64,000 bases of DNA from an uncultured virus (IMG/VR IMGVR_UViG_3300013004_000029) (taxonomy: Duplodnaviria; Heunggongvirae; Uroviricota; Caudoviricetes): IMG/VR virus record IMGVR_UViG_3300013004_000029. One strand, given 5' to 3'. This document shows positions 63,292 through 64,000 of this stretch, in pieces; position 1 is the stretch's first letter, and each line of letters begins with the position of its first letter. Made by a program: the position numbers and the translations under genes. Under the pieces are notes generated by a model. That model worked only from the letters and a program-made list of their open reading frames with translations, was not told where the DNA came from and searched no databases.

Positions 63292-63391
63292 CATACTGAT
63301 ACATAAGTACTTACGACTAGCGGGCGGGCCGAGTTTGACGTAAGTGTATGCTGCATAATGACTTACGTTAACCTTACGATATTGTAAGGTT
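63287..63391. repeat. Second pair of palindromic sites plus a hairpin
   Basis: 63287-63315 degenerate TCTAACA-N15-ACTTACG; 63339-63367 CGTAAGT-N15-ACTTACG; hairpin AACCTTAC-GATATT-GTAAGGTT at 63370-63391. Confidence 0.7.
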
Positions 63392-63398
63392 CAAGCTA

Positions 63399-63426
63399 TT
63401 GACACTCATAAGCCGATAAGTATAAT
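63399..63426 (+). promoter_or_regulatory. Sigma70 promoter P3
   Basis: TTGACA-16 nt-TATAAT. Confidence 0.85.
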
Positions 63427-63455
63427 AGGGACAACACGAGAGGAAAGGAAAAAAG

Positions 63456-63605
63456 ATGACGATTCAAGTGCAAAACACAGTTCGCCGGTTGGTTGCTCGT
63501 CACGGATATTCGGCTACGTTTGTTCGCCATATGGGCGAAGGTATCTGCCTGTATAGCATTGGTGGTATTTTCTATCGTATTCGTGGTGACGGTACGATCC
63601 TCTAA
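63456..63605 (+). CDS. Small early protein (49 aa, not in ORF track)
   Basis: MTIQVQNTVRRLVARHGYSATFVRHMGEGICLYSIGGIFYRIRGDGTIL*; AAGGA RBS after P3. Confidence 0.7.
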   Translation: MTIQVQNTVRRLVARHGYSATFVRHMGEGICLYSIGGIFYRIRGDGTIL

Positions 63606-63619
63606 ACAAGCGTACAGTA

Positions 63620-63647
63620 TTGACTCGCTAGAATAATTCGCTACAAT
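63620..63647 (+). promoter_or_regulatory. Sigma70 promoter P4
   Basis: TTGACT-16 nt-TACAAT. Confidence 0.7.
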
Positions 63648-63670
63648 ACAAGCACACAAAGGAAAAGAAA

Positions 63671-63871
63671 ATGATCAAGCACAACAACAACCTGAGTAAG
63701 ATTTTCGCTGCTATGACCGCTGGTAAGTATATCGGGGTGATCGACCCCAAGGGTAATGCTCACTGCGGATTGGTGAATAGCATCATGAGGGAAGACGGTA
63801 GCGGAAAGAATTGGATCGTGACGATCAGTAATCGCTGTGTGAATGAGAAAGTTTTTATTCATGCCTGCTAG
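63671..63871 (+). CDS. Small early protein (66 aa)
   Basis: ORF with AAGGA RBS after P4; GLVNSIMREDGSGKNWIV. Confidence 0.7.
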   Translation: MIKHNNNLSKIFAAMTAGKYIGVIDPKGNAHCGLVNSIMREDGSGKNWIVTISNRCVNEKVFIHAC

Positions 63872-63874
63872 GGC

Positions 63875-63903
63875 TTGACTGTGCAGAATCCATAGTGTAG
63901 AAT
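63875..63903 (+). promoter_or_regulatory. Sigma70 promoter P5
   Basis: TTGACT-17 nt-TAGAAT. Confidence 0.75.
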
Positions 63904-63921
63904 ACCGAAAAGGAGTTACTC

Positions 63922-64000
63922 ATGATCAGCCTGATTATTGACCTGTGCTTCGCTTCTGCGATTACCATTCTTCTGTTCTTTGTGTTTCGAGATATCGAAA
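63922..64000 (+). CDS. Small membrane protein (partial, runs off the right edge)
   Basis: MISLIIDLCFASAITILLFFVFRDIE...; AAGGAG RBS. Confidence 0.6.
   Translation, partial: MISLIIDLCFASAITILLFFVFRDIE

Noticed and set aside
62701..63862. Minus-strand ORFs 62701..62997, 63085..63294, 63396..63659, 63641..63862
   Set aside because: They are antisense to the plus-strand promoter-RBS-ORF units and lack their own signals.
62624..64000. Integron cassette array with attC sites
   Set aside because: No RYYYAAC/GTTRRRY-bounded attC structure after each ORF, no integrase in the window, and each gene has its own promoter.

Overview
The window is part of an AT-rich large tailed phage (Caudoviricetes) genome. 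No tail sheath is visible here, so it looks siphovirus-like. The host is probably a Planctomycete, judging by the LESRTLLS leader on a subtilase and a Y/V/P-rich secreted protein. From about 57 kb leftwards a minus-strand late operon runs: sigma-like factor, putative TerS, gmd, HNH, ERCC4 nuclease, TerL, portal, protease/scaffold, cement, major capsid, head-tail and neck genes with an inserted RgpF-like gene, tail tube, chaperones, a 4050-aa tape measure protein (TMP), and about 25 kb of Thr/Pro mucin-like, Cys-rich, lectin/propeller-bearing appendage genes. The last of these is an ORF of at least 2233 aa that the ORF track missed. A divergent plus-strand operon encodes GlmS, Fcl, GNA1 and an S8 protease. 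It is followed by an array of tiny genes, each with its own sigma70-type promoter, and repeated palindromic sites. The most striking signals are: (1) the TMP carries about 1700 aa of cargo modules (P-loop kinase, HIGH-type nucleotidyltransferase, GNAT) separated by a repeated A-x-GG-x-IQ[RK][FL]x-x-GG motif; (2) a candidate virion-glycosylation system; (3) a nested 'Russian-doll' adhesin; (4) a candidate RGTGTA late promoter and CGTAAGT-N15-ACTTACG sites. All family calls come from recognising motifs by eye; no searches were run.
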